A stretch of DNA of 49,860 bases from Candidatus Nanopelagicales bacterium. Lineage in GTDB: Bacteria; Actinomycetota; Actinomycetes; S36-B12. The stretch is taken from contig JANQZS010000008.1 in the NCBI GenBank assembly GCA_030728405.1, positions 1 through 49,860 of the forward strand. Direction: 5' to 3'. The number at the start of each line of letters is the position of its first letter. Positions within the stretch are counted from its first letter, which is position 1. A program made the translations under genes and the position numbers. Below the pieces are notes generated by a model. It was not told the DNA's origin and did no database searches. It saw nothing but the letters and a program-made list of their open reading frames with translations. Positions 16,615-26,274 of the stretch are shown here, one piece after another.

Positions 16615-17784
16615 CTAGTTGGCTGCTACCGCAGTAGGACTCGGTGATGAAGTCCGGGCGACCAATTTCTGCACAGCAGTGAGGGGTTTGGGGCGAATCG
16701 TTGCTGGCCTTTTGGTATCCAGAAGGACCACCCATTGCTGTCCGGGTTTAAATGGCATGGGTGAACCGTCGGCCTGAGTGAAAGTGGTTCCTGATTCGAC
16801 GTCGGGGCGCGTCCAATTAACCTTGTAAGCCAACCCATCTCGCAGCACAGTTGCGGTTCCTGTACCGATGGTCTCGGCATGAGGCGTATTGCCTCCACCT
16901 TTGTCATTGTATGCGCTGGGAGTCTGTGTGACGTCTTGGATGATGACCGTTGCGGCTTGTTGGCCCATGTCATTTTCGTCGGCTTGAGCAGGCTCTCCGT
17001 TGAGAAATACCTTGTACAAACCAGAAATCGGGTCGTATACGAATCGTGCTGAGGCGTAGGACCATTCCATGCTCGCCTTCTGTCCTGGCAATTCCGAAGG
17101 GGGAGCAATGTCGGAAAAACTAAAGCCGATGTCTTTGTCCAATGAGGCCTTGGGAGTTTGGTTGACGGCCATCTTTCCGTCGAGGAAGTAGTTGTACGGA
17201 GCTCTTCTTGATCCGTCACGAAAGTAGGCCTGCGCCATCTTGTTGGGTGAAATGTCTATCAATGACGATGCGCTTATGACAGGCCACATCTTCGATTGCA
17301 CGCCAGAGAACGCGAAGGCTGGAGATCCGTACTGCTCGAGTAGGTCGATATCGGTGATTCGAGCGCTGCGCACTGGACCGATGCGTTCGGGAATTTTTGA
17401 CGAGAAGACCGCAGCCAGCCGAGTGATTCCGTATTCCACTTCTTCGATGTAGACAACATCGGCATCCATGAGACCAGAGTGCGGCTGGGCATTGCGAGTG
17501 TTATCGAGTTTTACGACTAGTACGGGTTGCGGAGATTGAAGGATTTCTCCGGTGAGGGGCGACCTCGGCTGCGGGGCAGCGGTTGGGGTTGGGGTCGCGG
17601 TTGGGGTTGGTGTCGGGGTTGGAGTTGGAGTTGGGGTTGGGGTTGGACTCGCTGAAGGAGATGTCGCTGAGGCAGTGGGCATAGGTGGGGAAGTGGCGTC
17701 GGTGCCGCTCGCGCACCCACTGAGCAGAACGGCGCAGCCGAGGATCACTACCGCCATGTGGCGAGCCGATGTGTGGGTGATCAC
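16615..17784 (-). CDS. DUF3048 domain lipoprotein with a Pro-Thr linker
   Basis: Lipobox 'LLSGC|ASG', a (PT)n linker, then 'PLTGE...PVLVVKLDNTRNAQPHSGLMDADVVYIEEVEYGITRLAAVF' (DUF3048 signature). Confidence 0.8.
   Translation of the reverse strand: MITHTSARHMAVVILGCAVLLSGCASGTDATSPPMPTASATSPSASPTPTPTPTPTPTPTPTATPTPTAAPQPRSPLTGEILQSPQPVLVVKLDNTRNAQPHSGLMDADVVYIEEVEYGITRLAAVFSSKIPERIGPVRSARITDIDLLEQYGSPAFAFSGVQSKMWPVISASSLIDISPNKMAQAYFRDGSRRAPYNYFLDGKMAVNQTPKASLDKDIGFSFSDIAPPSELPGQKASMEWSYASARFVYDPISGLYKVFLNGEPAQADENDMGQQAATVIIQDVTQTPSAYNDKGGGNTPHAETIGTGTATVLRDGLAYKVNWTRPDVESGTTFTQADGSPMPFKPGQQWVVLLDTKRPATIRPKPLTAVQKLVARTSSPSPTAVAAN
17581..17646. repeat. Hexanucleotide tandem repeat (GGTGTC/GGGGTT/GGAGTT variants on the + strand) encoding the (Pro-Thr)n linker
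   Basis: Visible as ggttggggttggggtcgcggttggggttggtgtcggggttggagttggagttggggttggggttgg. It translates on the minus strand to PTPTPTPTPTPTATPTPT. Confidence 0.8.
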
Positions 17785-17868
17785 CTCGTGACTTTAGGCC
17801 GCTTTGTCCTCTAACCGGTGCTCGCCACGGCACGAAGCTGCCTCGTTCGCCCCTGATGTAGATCAGAA

Positions 17869-17945
17869 GTGGAGGATTTCTCCCCGAAATTGCGGGTAGA
17901 GGGTTGACTGTGGAGGAAAGTGGAGTATTGTGGCGGCACTTGGAG
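17869..17945 (+). promoter_or_regulatory. dcw promoter region with candidate MraZ operator boxes (GTGGAG-type direct repeats)
   Basis: GTGGAG at 17910, GTGGAG at 17920, GTGGCG at 17930 and TTGGAG at 17940 have exact 10-bp spacing. A fifth GTGGAG lies at 17869. TTGACT (17904-17909) and TATTGT (17926-17931) form a -35/-10 pair with a 16-nt spacer. Confidence 0.55.
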
Positions 17946-17987
17946 TTACCAAGGTGATTAATGGTTCTGATGGGGAAGGAGGGGCAC

Positions 17988-18419
17988 ATGTTTCTTGGTA
18001 CCCATGCCCCTCGCCTCGATGAGAAGGGCCGACTAGTTCTTCCTGCCAAGTTCCGTGAGGGATTGAGCGCAGGAGTGGTTCTGACCAAAGGTCAGGACCG
18101 ATCGATTGTGGTCTGGCCGGCGGCAGAGTTCGCGGCTTACGCCGAGCGTCTAAATGAGGCCTCCCGGTCAGATGCTCGCGTTCGGGCCTACCTGCGGGTG
18201 CTGTTCTCCGGGGCATTTGATGAGATTCCCGATCGTCAGGGGCGAGTCACCATGCCTGCAGCGCTGCGTGAGTACGCCGGCCTCGACCGCGATGTGATGG
18301 TGGTCGGTAACGGGACCACGGTCGAAATCTGGGATGCAGCAGCTTGGGGTACTTACCTCGAAGGTCAAGAAGAGGGCTTCTCCGATCTCAGCGAGGAGGT
18401 AATCCCCGGAATCTTGTGA
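17988..18419 (+). CDS. mraZ: Transcriptional regulator MraZ
   Basis: 'MFLGTHAPRLDEKGRLVLPAKFRE' and a second 'DRQGRVTMPAALRE' repeat. GGAAGGAGGGG Shine-Dalgarno before the ATG at 17988. Confidence 0.95.
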   Translation: MFLGTHAPRLDEKGRLVLPAKFREGLSAGVVLTKGQDRSIVVWPAAEFAAYAERLNEASRSDARVRAYLRVLFSGAFDEIPDRQGRVTMPAALREYAGLDRDVMVVGNGTTVEIWDAAAWGTYLEGQEEGFSDLSEEVIPGIL

Positions 18420-18588
18420 GCCGCGCGGTGAGGTCTCCTCCCGCTCCCGCATCCCTGACGCCACTTCCCCGGTGCCAGGAAACCGCTGAATAGACAGCGG
18501 GCGGGGACCTGGCCTCGCGGCCTCAAACAAGAAAACTCACACCGAAAACGACCCGACCGCGAATCGTGTCCACCACGAAGGGGAAGAA

Positions 18589-18723
18589 ATGAGCACAATC
18601 ACGGAGTTTGCCCACCACCCGATGGTGCGTTCGATCCGCACAGGGGCTGTTGTTCTCGCAGCTGGGGTCATGACCGGCTCGGTTTTATACGGGCTTTCCA
18701 TCGTCGTCTCGAACTGGGCATAA
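18589..18723 (+). CDS. Candidate small membrane protein (44 aa), absent from the ORF track
   Basis: ATG preceded by GAAGGGGAAG at 5-nt spacing. Translation [44 protein letters not shown] has one clear TM helix and G/C-rich third codon positions. It fills part of the 320-bp mraZ-rsmH gap. Confidence 0.35.
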   Translation: MSTITEFAHHPMVRSIRTGAVVLAAGVMTGSVLYGLSIVVSNWA

Positions 18724-18743
18724 CAGGTCAGACGACGAGGTTG

Positions 18744-19700
18744 ATGATGATGAGTTCACAGATGCGGCATATCCCAGTACTCCGGGATCGGGTAATCGCC
18801 CTACTCGCACCTGCGCTCTCCAACCCAGGTTCTGTACTGGTCGATGCGACCGTCGGGCTAGGCGGACACGCGGAATTGGCTTTGCAAACATTCCCGGCGC
18901 TCACTGTGATCGGTTTGGACCGCGACCAGTCTGCCCTCACCCACTCGCGGGAACGCCTAGCTCCGTTCGGTGAGCGGGTGAACCTCGTTCATGCGGTGTA
19001 CGACGAAATGCCAACCGTGTTGGCTGAGCTCGGTTACTCCCATGTGCAGGGTGTGTTATTTGACCTAGGTGTTTCCTCAATGCAGCTCGATGAGGCTGAT
19101 CGCGGTTTCTCTTACTCCCAAGATGCCCCACTTGACATGCGGATGGACCAGTCAAGTGGCGTGAGCGCAGCGGATGTTGTCAACACGTATTCACTAGATG
19201 AGATCACTCGCGTCCTTCGCCAATACGGAGAAGAAAAATTCGCTCGCCGAATTGCTCAACGGATTGTCGCCCAACGAGAAGTACAGCCATTCACGAACTC
19301 TGCGCGCTTGGTAGATGTCATCCGAGAAGCAATTCCGGCACCTGCTCGTCGAACTGGTGGGAATCCCGCCAAGCGCAGTTTCCAGGCGTTGCGCATCGAA
19401 GTGAATGATGAACTCGGAGCCCTACGGCGTGCCCTTCCGGCTGCTCTTGAATCGCTGAGCGTTGGTGGCCGAATTGTCGTTATGTCCTATCAATCCCTTG
19501 AAGATGCAATGGTCAAGCAAGTTTTGCGTTCGGCCACCACAGTGGATCTCCCGTATGACCTTCCCTTTATTCCAGAACATGCCGCAGCGCATTTTTCCTT
19601 GCTCACGCGCGGAGCTGAGAAGGCATCGGCGAAGGAGATCGAGATGAACCCACGCGCAGCATCTGTTCGGGTTCGTGCAGCTGAGCGGGTGGCAGCATGA
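18744..19700 (+). CDS. rsmH: 16S rRNA (cytosine1402-N4)-methyltransferase RsmH (MraW)
   Basis: 'HIPVLRDRV', '[10 protein letters not shown]', '[11 protein letters not shown]' and '[11 protein letters not shown]'. The start is ambiguous among TTG 18741, ATG 18744/18747/18750 and ATG 18762. Confidence 0.9.
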   Translation: MMMSSQMRHIPVLRDRVIALLAPALSNPGSVLVDATVGLGGHAELALQTFPALTVIGLDRDQSALTHSRERLAPFGERVNLVHAVYDEMPTVLAELGYSHVQGVLFDLGVSSMQLDEADRGFSYSQDAPLDMRMDQSSGVSAADVVNTYSLDEITRVLRQYGEEKFARRIAQRIVAQREVQPFTNSARLVDVIREAIPAPARRTGGNPAKRSFQALRIEVNDELGALRRALPAALESLSVGGRIVVMSYQSLEDAMVKQVLRSATTVDLPYDLPFIPEHAAAHFSLLTRGAEKASAKEIEMNPRAASVRVRAAERVAA

Positions 19701-20464
19701 GTGCGGCCCCACAGCTCGATCCGACATCGAAATCGTCGATGGATGCACAGGAATCAGTTGAACCTGTTGTTACTGAATATGCGACCAGGGGAGTACGCCG
19801 CAAGGGTCGGCATCACCTGAAAATCGTTGCTCCTCTGCGCGCCGAGCGTGCTAGCCGTGGTGTTTTCGCGTTAGTGGTTACGGGTGCGTTGGGCCTTGGG
19901 TTGGTGGGCATGCTTTTGATAAACACGACCGTTGCTCAAGGGGCATACACCTTGAGTGAACTCAAAGGTCAGCAACGTGAACTCAATCAGGCACTGGCTA
20001 CCTTGACCGAGCAAGTCGAAGCTGTCGGAGCACCTGGTGTTCTCGAGGCTAATGCTCGAGCCCTTGGCATGGTGCCAAGTGAGACACCGGTCTTTATCGA
20101 AGTGCCTGACGGCCGCATTCTTGGTAAGCCAAAGGCTGCACCAGGGCAAGTAAATGGAATCCCCGTTCTTGCTACCCCTGCAGATGCAACTGCGTCGGAA
20201 GCAGTCGACAACATCTCCGTGGGAACAGTCCTCCCCATCGCTCCTGGCGAGAACTATGACCCTGCCGCTGCGGATGCAGCAGCTAATGAAGCTGCCCAGA
20301 CTGCAGCGATTGGAGCAGCCGGGGCAAAGAGTCCAAAAGGAGCAGCGGGAAAGAAAGCAAAAAGTGAAGACGCGCTCTGGCAGGAAGTTCCAGCAGCGGC
20401 TGTGATCTCACAGGGGCAAAGCATCAGTGTTGATGGGCAACTCGACGCTGTGCCGGTGGAGTGA
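19697..20464 (+). CDS. ftsL: Cell division protein FtsL-like (bitopic, coiled coil) with a long Ala-rich C-terminal extension
   Basis: The position between rsmH and ftsI supports the call. There is a single TM segment '[23 protein letters not shown]' followed by '[17 protein letters not shown]'. ATGA overlap with rsmH. Confidence 0.65.
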   Translation: MSAAPQLDPTSKSSMDAQESVEPVVTEYATRGVRRKGRHHLKIVAPLRAERASRGVFALVVTGALGLGLVGMLLINTTVAQGAYTLSELKGQQRELNQALATLTEQVEAVGAPGVLEANARALGMVPSETPVFIEVPDGRILGKPKAAPGQVNGIPVLATPADATASEAVDNISVGTVLPIAPGENYDPAAADAAANEAAQTAAIGAAGAKSPKGAAGKKAKSEDALWQEVPAAAVISQGQSISVDGQLDAVPVE

Positions 20465-20468
20465 GCGC

Positions 20469-22271
20469 ATGTCACGAACGGCAACGAAGCCACGGGTAAC
20501 ACCGTCATCAGGCAAGAGTGGGGCAGGTAGTGGTCGACGACCTTCCCCTTTAGTTCTGGCTGATCCAGGTAAGCGGGGTCTGGCACTGCTTCTTGTCACC
20601 GGCGTCATTCTCACAATTTTTGCTGGACGACTTTTTGAGATTCAAGGGATTCGTGGTGAGGCTCTCGCTACGGCTGCATTGGATCAACGTTTACGCACGA
20701 CGGATCTCCCGGCGCTGCGCGGGGCGATTCTTGACTCCGCTGGTCAGCCGCTGGCCGTCACCGTTGAAGCGCGAAACCTGACCGCAGACCAGACCTTGAT
20801 TAAAGATGCGGCCGCTGTTGGTGCGCAGTTAGCTCCATTACTGGGTGTCGATGCGGATGTGTTGGCAACGAGGTTGACGGGAACCAAGCGTTTTATCTAC
20901 ATCGCAAAGGGGCTCACACCCCAAACGTGGGATCGAATTTCCGAACTGCGATTGCCCGGCATCATGAGCGAGTCAACCAGCCGCAGGATTTATCCCGCAG
21001 GGGAGGTTGGCGCGAATGTTGTGGGCTTTGTTGGCGCTGATGCTGCAGGACTGGGCGGCATCGAATATGCATTTCAGGAGCAACTTGCCGGCGTGAGTGG
21101 TTCCCAGACTTCAGAAAGAAACCCGCGGGGTCGAGTTATTCCCACATCGTCATCGAACACGATTGATGCCGTCCCAGGCCAAGACGTTCAGTTGACCATT
21201 GATAGGGATATTCAGTACGTGGCCCAAAATTCGATTGCATCGCTCGTTCGAACGAGTGGTGCAAAGAGTGGCACCGTGGTTGTTATGGATCCTCGCACTG
21301 GTGATTTGCTGGCTCTGGCTACGGCCCCGACCTTCGATGCCAACAAGCCGGCCCTCAGTGATGACGCTGATCGGGGCAATCGAATCTTGACCGATGCATT
21401 CGAACCAGGCTCAACGAGCAAACTCATTACCTTGGCTGCTGTGGTGAATGAGAAAGCTGCAACGCCCTCCACGTGGATCAAAGTTCCTGGCGGACTCGAG
21501 CGCGGAGACAAAGTATTCAAGGACCACACACCGCACGGAACCCTTAACTTGACGCTGACGGGTGTTATGGCCAAATCAAGCAACATTGGCACGATCCTTG
21601 CCGCTGAGCGCATAGGCAAAAGAAAGTTCGCCAGGTATTTGGACAAGTTTGGTGTAGGCCAACTAACGGGCATGGGAATCCCTGGTGAAAACCGAGGTTA
21701 CGTGCCACCGCTTGAAAATTGGTCGCCCACGACCTTCCCCACTCTCGCATTCGGTCAAGGGCTGAGTGTTAACGCGGTCCAAGCAACCAGCGTTTTCGCA
21801 ACGATCGCGAACGATGGCCTAAAGGTTCAACCTCGCCTCGTCTCGGGGTTAATAGGCGCTGATGGCACGGTCACAGAGCCAGAAGTTGCACCGCCCACCC
21901 GCGTTGTTTCCGCTGAAGCAGCCGCGCAGGTGCGATTGATGCTTGAAGCCGTTGTCGGAGAAGGCGGAACAGCTCAACAAGCCAAAATCCCGGGCTACCG
22001 AGTGGCTGGTAAGACCGGCACCGCTCAGGTAGTCGATCAAGTCCGTGGGGGATATTCCCGCGAGGTGATCGCCTCGTTCATCGGCATGGCCCCAGCGGAT
22101 GACCCTCAACTCGTCGTCGCAGTATTTGTCAACGAGCCGCAATATGGTCGATACGGCGGATCCTTAGCCGGACCTATTTTCAAAGATGTGATGACCCACG
22201 CACTCCGAGCCCGTGAGATTCCCCCGACTGGGCTAAAGAGCCCAGTTATGGCATTGACCTACAAGGGCTGA
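20469..22271 (+). CDS. ftsI: Peptidoglycan D,D-transpeptidase FtsI (class B PBP)
   Basis: SxxK 'STSK', 'SSN' and 'KTGT' motifs, plus an N-terminal TM anchor. I chose the ATG at 20469, just after the ftsL stop. Confidence 0.9.
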   Translation: MSRTATKPRVTPSSGKSGAGSGRRPSPLVLADPGKRGLALLLVTGVILTIFAGRLFEIQGIRGEALATAALDQRLRTTDLPALRGAILDSAGQPLAVTVEARNLTADQTLIKDAAAVGAQLAPLLGVDADVLATRLTGTKRFIYIAKGLTPQTWDRISELRLPGIMSESTSRRIYPAGEVGANVVGFVGADAAGLGGIEYAFQEQLAGVSGSQTSERNPRGRVIPTSSSNTIDAVPGQDVQLTIDRDIQYVAQNSIASLVRTSGAKSGTVVVMDPRTGDLLALATAPTFDANKPALSDDADRGNRILTDAFEPGSTSKLITLAAVVNEKAATPSTWIKVPGGLERGDKVFKDHTPHGTLNLTLTGVMAKSSNIGTILAAERIGKRKFARYLDKFGVGQLTGMGIPGENRGYVPPLENWSPTTFPTLAFGQGLSVNAVQATSVFATIANDGLKVQPRLVSGLIGADGTVTEPEVAPPTRVVSAEAAAQVRLMLEAVVGEGGTAQQAKIPGYRVAGKTGTAQVVDQVRGGYSREVIASFIGMAPADDPQLVVAVFVNEPQYGRYGGSLAGPIFKDVMTHALRAREIPPTGLKSPVMALTYKG

Positions 22272-22277
22272 GCTGAC

Positions 22278-23804
22278 GTGCAGGACAGGTTGCACCGACC
22301 TCACGTCGCCCCTCTAGAGCTCAGTGACCTAGTTGCCGAAGTACAAGGGACGCTTCATATAGGTGGGAGAGAGTCGACGGAGATAGATTCTCGCCTTCTC
22401 ATTACGGGCATCACGCATTCATCGAGTGAGGTCGTCCACGGTGATGTATTCGCTGGTCTTCCCGGCCGGCGCCTGCACGGAGCTTCGTTCGCAAGTGCCG
22501 CGGCTGACCAGGGGGCAGTGGCGGTACTCACTGACGAGGAAGGCCGAGTGGAAGCAGAAAAGTCAAGGCTGCCCGTGGTGGTGGTGCCCAATCCACGTTC
22601 AGCCCTGGGCCCGGCCTCTGCATTGATTTACGGCAACCCTGGAGAGCGCATCGCACTTGCTGGAGTCACCGGCACAAACGGCAAAACCACGGTTACCGCC
22701 ATGCTTGTTGCTGCGCTCACGGCCGCTGGTAAGGCGACAGGTGCTATCGGAACCTTGGGAGTCACCTTCGGTGGGAAATACATTTCAGGGGTGCGCACGA
22801 CCCCTGAAGCGCCAGACATTCAAGCGATACTTGCCTTGATGTCAGAGGAAGGAATTAGCTCTGCAGTGATGGAGGTTTCCAGCATCGCAGTCTCAGAACA
22901 CCGCGTTGACGGACTTGTTTTTGACGTAATGGGCTTCACAAATTTGACGCAGGATCATCTTGATTACCACCACGACATGGAGTCCTACTTCGCGGCAAAG
23001 GCGCAGATGTTCGGTCCTGAACGATCGCGATGCAGTGTCATCTGCGTTGACGATGAATGGGGCCAGCGACTCGCCGCCCAAGTAGGGGAAGTTTCGGCAT
23101 CACATGGCCATCAGGTCGTCACTGTTTCGGCAAGTGGGTCACCTGCAGATTGGCGCATTACCCACCAAGGAATGGCAGCGCACATTACCGGACCTGATGA
23201 GGTCACGATCGAGATGCGACTGCCTATGCCCGGTGCGGTCAATGCGGCTAATACGGCGGTTGCACTTGCGATGGCTGTGCATCTAGGTGTGGCGCCGGGG
23301 ACAGCTGCTGGGGCAATTGGTCAAGTCCGTGTTCCAGGGCGTTGTGAAATCATTGAAGCCCCTCAAGCTCCACTCGTGATAGTTGACTACGCGCATACCC
23401 CCGATGCCATTTCGCGGATGGTGCACCTTGCCCGCGAGGCCGTGACTGGGCGTGTTGTCATCGTCTTGGGTGCAGGTGGTGATCGTGATCAGTCGAAGCG
23501 CCCCCTCATGGGCGCGGCTGCCTCGATGGGTGATCATGTAGTGGTGACCGACGACAATCCGCGCGATGAGGATCCGGCAGCGATCAGAGCAGCTGTCATC
23601 GCAGGCGTCACTGGTCCGGTGGACGTTGAAGACATTGCAGATCGCGCTACGGCCATCAGGCATGCGATCGCGATCGCATCTGAGCGTGATGTGGTGTTAG
23701 TGCTGGGGAAAGGTCATGAAACAGGACAGCAGATTGGCGTTCAAATCTTGCCTTTTGATGATCGGGAAATTGCGCGTGCCGCACTGGCGGAGGAGCGCAC
23801 GTGA
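22278..23804 (+). CDS. murE: UDP-N-acetylmuramoyl-L-alanyl-D-glutamate--2,6-diaminopimelate ligase (MurE)
   Basis: 'GVTGTNGKTT' P-loop. The 'DDNPRDEDP' (DNPR) motif is typical of DAP-adding MurE. Confidence 0.9.
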   Translation: MQDRLHRPHVAPLELSDLVAEVQGTLHIGGRESTEIDSRLLITGITHSSSEVVHGDVFAGLPGRRLHGASFASAAADQGAVAVLTDEEGRVEAEKSRLPVVVVPNPRSALGPASALIYGNPGERIALAGVTGTNGKTTVTAMLVAALTAAGKATGAIGTLGVTFGGKYISGVRTTPEAPDIQAILALMSEEGISSAVMEVSSIAVSEHRVDGLVFDVMGFTNLTQDHLDYHHDMESYFAAKAQMFGPERSRCSVICVDDEWGQRLAAQVGEVSASHGHQVVTVSASGSPADWRITHQGMAAHITGPDEVTIEMRLPMPGAVNAANTAVALAMAVHLGVAPGTAAGAIGQVRVPGRCEIIEAPQAPLVIVDYAHTPDAISRMVHLAREAVTGRVVIVLGAGGDRDQSKRPLMGAAASMGDHVVVTDDNPRDEDPAAIRAAVIAGVTGPVDVEDIADRATAIRHAIAIASERDVVLVLGKGHETGQQIGVQILPFDDREIARAALAEERT

Positions 23805-25210
23805 CTGTAATCAGCATCGGTGAGCTATCCGACATCATCGGAGGAGAACTTCACGGTGATCCTCGAGAAATAGTCAGCGGGGCAGTGGTTGATTCCCGCC
23901 TGGTCACACCAGGCGTGGCCTTCGTCGCGATTGCGGGAGAGCAAGTCGACGGGCATGATTTTGCCGAAGTCGCACTTGGTGCCGGCGCCGTTGTCGCAAT
24001 AACAACTCGCATCTTGCCAATTCCTTGCATTGTGGTGCCTGACCCCATCGAGGCATTGGGGCAGTGGGCGCGATGGTGGCGAAATAAACTCGCAGAGTCC
24101 GGTCAACTTTCGGTGATCGCGATTACAGGATCCAGCGGGAAAACTTCGACAAAGGATCTTCTCGCCACGGTTCTGCGGTCAGCGGGTACAACAGTGGCAG
24201 CACAAGGTTCGCTCAATACTGAGGTAGGAGTACCCCTTTCCGTTCTCGCAGCTCCGATCGCCACAAGGTTCTTGGTTCTTGAGATGGGGATGAGAGGTGT
24301 AGGCCACATCCGGTATCTCTGCTCTGTAGCTTCTCCCGATATTGCTGTGATCACCAATGTTGGATCCGCCCACCTTGGCGTGCTGGGATCGCGCGGTGCA
24401 ATAGCTCAGGCAAAAGCGGAAATATTAGAGGGTCTTTCAGATTCGCAGTGTGCGATTGTGCCCGCAGGTGAGCCATTGATCAGCGCCGAACTTTATCGAA
24501 CATCAGCTCGGGTTGTAACTTTCGGTGAGGGTGCAGATGCTGATGTCCGTGCTGAGAATGTCGGCTTAGATGATCAGGCCCGAGCCCATTTTGAGTTGGT
24601 CAATGGACAGGAGAAGGCCCATGTTTCTCTTGCGGTTCATGGCGAGCACTTTGTTTCTAATGCATTAGCAGTTGCGGCAGTTGCTCGTGAAGTAGGAATC
24701 CCGTTGGCTTCGGTGGCCGAACTGCTCTCCGTGGCTCGCATTGAAAGCAAGTGGCGGATGGAGGTGACCACAACTCCGAGTGGGATAACTCTCATCAATG
24801 ACGCGTACAACGCTAATCCTGAGTCGATGCGAGCCGCATTGAAGTCTTTGGCATCAATGCGGGGTGAAGGCCGCACTTGGGCAGTACTAGGAGAGATGCT
24901 CGAGTTGGGGGCTGACTCCGTCGAGGAGCACGACGCAATAGGACGCCTTGCGGTGCGCCTCGATATTTCGCAGTTGATTTGTGTTGGCGCGGGCACTCGC
25001 GTGATGCACCTGGGTGCTAGCAATGAAGGTTCGTGGGGCGAGGAATCGCGCTGGGTCCCAGACGCTGAATCGGCATTGGCCATTTTGCGTAGTGAGACTC
25101 GCCGCGGTGACGTCGTACTTGTTAAGGCCTCTCGCGGAATAGGTTTGGAAACCGTGGCTGCAGCTCTCTCTCATGAAGCAGCTGGCGCGCATGGAGGCGA
25201 TACCGCATGA
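23801..25210 (+). CDS. murF: UDP-N-acetylmuramoyl-tripeptide--D-alanyl-D-alanine ligase (MurF)
   Basis: 'ITGSSGKTSTKD' and 'INDAYNANPESM'. GTGA overlap with murE. Confidence 0.9.
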   Translation: MTVISIGELSDIIGGELHGDPREIVSGAVVDSRLVTPGVAFVAIAGEQVDGHDFAEVALGAGAVVAITTRILPIPCIVVPDPIEALGQWARWWRNKLAESGQLSVIAITGSSGKTSTKDLLATVLRSAGTTVAAQGSLNTEVGVPLSVLAAPIATRFLVLEMGMRGVGHIRYLCSVASPDIAVITNVGSAHLGVLGSRGAIAQAKAEILEGLSDSQCAIVPAGEPLISAELYRTSARVVTFGEGADADVRAENVGLDDQARAHFELVNGQEKAHVSLAVHGEHFVSNALAVAAVAREVGIPLASVAELLSVARIESKWRMEVTTTPSGITLINDAYNANPESMRAALKSLASMRGEGRTWAVLGEMLELGADSVEEHDAIGRLAVRLDISQLICVGAGTRVMHLGASNEGSWGEESRWVPDAESALAILRSETRRGDVVLVKASRGIGLETVAAALSHEAAGAHGGDTA

Positions 25211-26274
25211 GGCTTGTGGTGATCGCTGGCGCCATAGCCACGATTTTCTCGCTTATCGGTACCCCACTCTTGATCAAGTTGCTGGCCCGACACGGATACG
25301 CACAAGCCATTAGAAGTTCGACTGCAACAGAATTCTACCCAGACCACGAAGCCAAGCGCGGAACTCCGTCGATGGGTGGAGTGGCGATCATCATCGCGGT
25401 TCTAGCGGGTTACTTTCTCACTCACTTGATCACTTGGCGGCCCGTTTCGATTTCCGCCCTCCTGGTTCTTTACCTGATGGTGGGACTCGGTTTAGTGGGT
25501 TTGGCTGATGACTATCTGAAAATATTTAAGCAGCGCAGTACCGGACTCCGAGCTCGGACCAAACTATTCGGTCAGGCGGTGGTCGCGTTCTCTTTCGCGT
25601 ACCTCTCGGTGCAGTTTCCCGACCAGGCCGGAAACACCGCGGCATCGATGGCGATCTCGTTTGTCCGCGATACAAACATCGTGTTACCGCTCGGGCTTTT
25701 CCTTGTATGGGTCTGGTTCTTAGTTACGGCCACCACAAATGGTGTGAACCTCACCGATGGGCTCGATGGCCTAGCTGTGGGCGCGTCCATCATGAGCTTT
25801 CTGGCCTATGTTCTTCTGGCAATCTGGCAATACGGGCAAAACTGTGCTTTCGAAGTAACGCCATTTTGTTACAACACTCAAAATCCGTTAGATCTAGCAA
25901 TGGTTGCTGCTGCTGCGGCCGGTGCGAGTTTCGGTTTTCTCTGGTGGAACACCGCGCCTGCTCGGATCTTCATGGGAGATACCGGATCTCTTGCCTTGGG
26001 CGGTGGAATTGCCGGTCTTGCGATCCTCACCCGTACCGAGCTGCTGTTGCCGCTTCTTGCTGGCCTCTTCTTGATCACCACCTTGTCAGTGATTGGTCAA
26101 GTGGGGTCCTTCAAACTCACAGGTCGCCGAATTTTGCGAATGGCACCGTTACATCATCACTTTGAAATGCTTGGTTGGCCAGAGATTCAGATCGTCGTTC
26201 GTTTTTGGATCATTCAAGGCCTGTGCATCGGAGCCGGCTTAACCCTGTTCTACGCGGAGTGGGTGCGGGCATGA
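25207..26274 (+). CDS. mraY: Phospho-N-acetylmuramoyl-pentapeptide transferase (MraY)
   Basis: 'NGVNLTDGLDGLA', 'FMGDTGSLALGG' and 'APLHHHFE'. Ten-TM-type hydrophobicity. Confidence 0.95.
   Translation: MRLVVIAGAIATIFSLIGTPLLIKLLARHGYAQAIRSSTATEFYPDHEAKRGTPSMGGVAIIIAVLAGYFLTHLITWRPVSISALLVLYLMVGLGLVGLADDYLKIFKQRSTGLRARTKLFGQAVVAFSFAYLSVQFPDQAGNTAASMAISFVRDTNIVLPLGLFLVWVWFLVTATTNGVNLTDGLDGLAVGASIMSFLAYVLLAIWQYGQNCAFEVTPFCYNTQNPLDLAMVAAAAAGASFGFLWWNTAPARIFMGDTGSLALGGGIAGLAILTRTELLLPLLAGLFLITTLSVIGQVGSFKLTGRRILRMAPLHHHFEMLGWPEIQIVVRFWIIQGLCIGAGLTLFYAEWVRA

Noticed and set aside
17961-17987. N-terminal extensions offered by the ORF track for mraZ. The same issue applies to murD (26175), murG (28752), ftsZ (32319), ftsI (20427), ileS (39479), hisD (46622), DUF3040 (7847) and PhyH (1803).
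   Set aside because: The extensions overlap the preceding gene or lack a Shine-Dalgarno. The internal starts coincide with the conserved family N-termini, good Shine-Dalgarno sequences or ATGA/GTGA coupling.
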